From: Aulosira sp. ZfuVER01
Lineage (GTDB): Bacteria; Cyanobacteriota; Cyanobacteriia; Cyanobacteriales; Nostocaceae
Reading direction: 5' to 3'
Assembly: GCA_034530615.2 (NCBI GenBank)
Contig: JAVRCV020000079.1
Span: forward strand, 64,001-128,000
Length of the DNA: 64,000 nt
The translations under genes and the position numbers were made by a program. Positions 61,059-64,000 of the stretch are shown here, piece by piece (the stretch's first letter is position 1; each line of letters starts with the position of its first letter). The notes beneath the pieces are model-generated. The model did not search any database. It had not been told where the DNA came from and was given only the letters and a program-made list of their open reading frames with translations.

Positions 61059-61967
61059 ATGATGTTTATCGACCCTCACATCCACATGTGTTCCCGTACC
61101 ACCTACGATTACCTAATCATGCGGGAATACGGTATTGTCGCCGTTATTGAACCATCTTTTTGGTTAGGACAGCCAAGAACCACAGCTGGCTCTTTTAAAG
61201 ACTACTTCAGCAGTCTTGTAGGATGGGAGAGGTTTCGTGCAAGCCAATTTGGCATTCAACATTACTGCACCATCGGACTCAACCCTAAAGAAGCTAACAA
61301 CGAAGCCTTAGCAGCAGAAGTTATGGAACTGTTACCGCTTTATGCTTGCAAAGAGGGAGTTGTTGCCATTGGGGAAATTGGCTATGACGATATGACAGAA
61401 GCAGAAGATAAATACTTTTGTCAACAACTAGCATTAGCCAAAGAACTCGATATGCTGGTCTTGATTCATACTCCCCATCGCAATAAAAAAGAGGGTGCTA
61501 GCCGTAGTATGGATCGTTGCATTGAATATGGACTAGATCCCTCACAAGTAATTATTGACCACAACAACGAAGAAACCGTTGAAGAAGTTTTGAAACGCGA
61601 CTTTTGGGCAGCTTTCACAATTTACCCGAAAACCAAGATGGGTAACGCCAGAATGGTAGAAATTGTCCGTCAGTATGGATGCGATCGCATCATTGTCGAT
61701 AGTAGCGCCGATTGGGGTGTGAGCGATCCATTAGCAGTCCCAAAAACAGCAAAATTAATGTTAGAAACAGGCATTCCTGAAGAATATGTACGCGCAGTTT
61801 GTTACGAAAATGCTCTATTTGCTTACGGTCAAACAGGGCAAATGAAAGCATCTGATTGGCTAAATGCTGAATCTACCGACCAGCGTCAAATGTTCAATGG
61901 TAATTCTGTATTACGGGGACAGGAACCAGGGATTAAATCAGTTGCAGATTATGTGCTGATTGAGTAG
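61059..61967 (+). CDS. eboB: TatD-family hydrolase EboB
   Basis: DPHIH, GEIG, IHTPH, IDHNNE, DSSADW. Confidence 0.88.
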   Translation: MMFIDPHIHMCSRTTYDYLIMREYGIVAVIEPSFWLGQPRTTAGSFKDYFSSLVGWERFRASQFGIQHYCTIGLNPKEANNEALAAEVMELLPLYACKEGVVAIGEIGYDDMTEAEDKYFCQQLALAKELDMLVLIHTPHRNKKEGASRSMDRCIEYGLDPSQVIIDHNNEETVEEVLKRDFWAAFTIYPKTKMGNARMVEIVRQYGCDRIIVDSSADWGVSDPLAVPKTAKLMLETGIPEEYVRAVCYENALFAYGQTGQMKASDWLNAESTDQRQMFNGNSVLRGQEPGIKSVADYVLIE

Positions 61968-62029
61968 CAGGAAGGTGCAGGGAGCAGGGGGAAGAAATGC
62001 TCGATCCTTGACTCTTGACCAACGACAAA

Positions 62030-62160
62030 GCGCAAAGTCGAGCCAGTCGTGTGGTGAGGCAGTCCAGTCTTGGGGGTTCCCCCCAGGAGGAACTGCCGAA
62101 AGGGTCTCCCGACTTGAACGAACTGGCGTTGAGCGGAAGAAACCTCCGCTCAGAACTTTG
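62030..62160. repeat. Nested Nostoc-type dispersed palindromic repeats
   Basis: Related to the units at 19651-19697 and 25018-25062 (GCCAC/GCCAG...CCCGAC...TGGCGT). Confidence 0.55.
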
Positions 62161-62191
62161 TAAGAATAACAACTGACAAAGGACAAATGTA

Positions 62192-63124
62192 GTGAATGTT
62201 GCAAGTTTGAATTTTCAAAGCTGGCGTGGGTATTTGGAGTTGATGCGTCCGGCTAATATTGTAACTGCGTGGGCTGATATTTTAGTTGGCTTTGCAGCCT
62301 CAGGTTCGGGAATTATTTTTGCTCAATTAATTAACGGTGAAGCAACTGCTACCAGTTTAATTCCCTTAGCTTGGTTGTTATTGGCTACAACTGGTTTATA
62401 CGGCGGCGGTATAGTTTTTAATGATGTTTTTGATGCCGAATTAGATCGAAAAGAACGGCCATCTAGACCAATTCCTAGCGGTCGCGTGTCTCGTGAGAAT
62501 GCTGCTTTGTTGGGAAGTATATTATTTGCGATCGCTCTTTTTTCAGCGTCTCAAGTTTCTTGGTTGAGTGCCATTTTAGCTCTAGTTATTACCTCTGCAT
62601 CACTGTTGTATGACTCACTAGCCAAGCATCATCCCTTGTTTGGCCCTTTAAACATGGGTTTATGTCGTGGCAGTAACTTGTTATTGGGTGTAAGTGTTGT
62701 ACCAGGAATATTATCAGAACGCTGGTATTTAGCTCTGATTCCGGTGCTTTACATTGCTGCAATCACTGCAATTAGCCAAGGAGAAGTTCATGGCGGTAAA
62801 AGAATTACGGGAGTAATAGCAGTCTTGTTGATTGCAATAGTCCTGACGGCAGTTGTAGCTCTAGGATTTTTCGCAGAATATAGAGCAATTTCAGCCTTAC
62901 CATTCGCTGTTTTATTAGCTGTGCGAGTCTTGCCTAATTTTATTCAAGCTGCTCGTGAACCAATACCAGATAAAATCCGCAATGCAGTCAAAGTCGGTGT
63001 GTTATCTCTGATTATCTTAGATGCCACAGTTGCAGCTGGTTTCGCTGGTTTCGCTTACGGTTTGTTAGTGCTAATTTTGCTGCCCATTTCAATGTCATTT
63101 GCCAAAATGTTTGCTGTTACTTGA
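62192..63124 (+). CDS. eboC: UbiA-like prenyltransferase EboC
   Basis: LMRPANIVTA.AD, NDVFDAELD..ERP.RPIPSG, MGLCRG; multiple TM segments. Confidence 0.9.
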   Translation: MNVASLNFQSWRGYLELMRPANIVTAWADILVGFAASGSGIIFAQLINGEATATSLIPLAWLLLATTGLYGGGIVFNDVFDAELDRKERPSRPIPSGRVSRENAALLGSILFAIALFSASQVSWLSAILALVITSASLLYDSLAKHHPLFGPLNMGLCRGSNLLLGVSVVPGILSERWYLALIPVLYIAAITAISQGEVHGGKRITGVIAVLLIAIVLTAVVALGFFAEYRAISALPFAVLLAVRVLPNFIQAAREPIPDKIRNAVKVGVLSLIILDATVAAGFAGFAYGLLVLILLPISMSFAKMFAVT

Positions 63125-63226
63125 AGTAAGGCATAGGGCAGAAACGAAAATACTGTTTTCATTGAGATAGCCTGCTGATTGCACTAAAATTAGTTGCAAA
63201 TCGCAAATAGGGTATGTATATCTAAG

Positions 63227-64000
63227 ATGAAGATTGCCACAAACAGCCAATTTCACCTAACTTACTGCACAAATATTCATCCTGGTGAAAGTTGGGGAGA
63301 GGTTTTTGCTAATTTAGAAAAATATATTCCTGAACTCAAATCGCGTTTATCACCTCAAGCACCTTTTGGAATTGGCTTGCGATTAGCAGATATAGCCGCA
63401 AAGCAACTTTTAGAAAGTGATAACTTGGCTCAGTTTCAAGCTTGGCTAAATCAAGAAGATTTATATGTTTTCACTTTAAATGGATTTCCCTATGGGGGAT
63501 TTCATCACCAAATTGTTAAAGACCAAGTTTATGTACCAGATTGGTCAACTCAGGAACGACTGAAGTATACATTAAACTTGACAAAAATTTTAGCTGCGCT
63601 GTTACCAGAAGAACTGGATGGTGGTATTTCTACCTTGCCTTTATCTTATAAACCTTGGTGGGGAGACGACCAAGCCACTTGGGATATAGTTCTGAAGAAT
63701 AGCTGTTTTCATATAGCCTCAGTTGTTGCAGAAATGGTTCGTATCCAGAACTATACAGGTAAGTTGCTGCACATTGATTTAGAACCTGAACCTGATGGTT
63801 TAATTGAGAATACTGCTGAAGTAATTGATTTTTATGAGAATTGGTTGTTACCAATTGCTGGTAGTTATTTAGCCCAAAAACTAAATATTGAACAGAGTTT
63901 AGCGGAGAGTAAATTACTCGATCATGTACGCATTTGCTATGACACCTGCCACTTCTCAGTTGAATATGAGCAGCCTGATACTGTATTTACACGTTTGCAA
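63227..64000 (+). CDS. eboE: Metabolite traffic protein EboE, 3'-truncated by the window edge; not in the ORF track
   Basis: Manual translation: MKIATNSQFHLTYCTNIHPGESW...GIGLRL...TLNGFPYGGFH...KDQVYVPDW...ISTLPLSYKPW...LEPEPDG...CYDTCH; open to the window end. Confidence 0.9.
   Translation, partial: MKIATNSQFHLTYCTNIHPGESWGEVFANLEKYIPELKSRLSPQAPFGIGLRLADIAAKQLLESDNLAQFQAWLNQEDLYVFTLNGFPYGGFHHQIVKDQVYVPDWSTQERLKYTLNLTKILAALLPEELDGGISTLPLSYKPWWGDDQATWDIVLKNSCFHIASVVAEMVRIQNYTGKLLHIDLEPEPDGLIENTAEVIDFYENWLLPIAGSYLAQKLNIEQSLAESKLLDHVRICYDTCHFSVEYEQPDTVFTRLQ

Overview
64 kb of a heterocystous cyanobacterial chromosome (Nostoc-like: frequent HIP1 GCGATCGC octamers, STRR heptamer repeats, xisH/xisI, cse). 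From left to right: (1) a RimK-type ATP-grasp ligase followed by an unannotated precursor peptide, truncated by the window edge, with repeated (T/S)TxxxxEE cores (plesiocin-type graspetide RiPP); (2) housekeeping and miscellaneous genes (aspS, pirA with an NtcA box, a DUF62 SAM hydrolase, hisC, SLH/WG-repeat/glycoside hydrolase ORFs, a decayed P-loop NTPase pair, oxidoreductases, a P450, a FadL-type channel); (3) a complete polyol (mannitol/arabitol/sorbitol) ABC uptake and catabolism locus with a SorC-family regulator, tandem operator-like palindromes and xylB, interrupted by repeats and gene debris; (4) a globin, xisHI, a large DUF4347-LamG-Calx-beta-sugar-dehydrogenase-like protein and mgtE; (5) a ~17 kb hybrid NRPS-PKS cluster (A-T / KS-AT-ACP-aminotransferase / JmjC-like oxygenase / acyltransferase-3 / C-A-T / C*-pseudoA-T-TE) with two near-duplicate Val-type A domains and a degenerate terminal module; (6) the ebo locus (divergent eboD-like cyclase; eboA, eboB, eboC, partial eboE). 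No rRNA, tRNA or CRISPR array was seen. All calls come from motif reading, not database searches.
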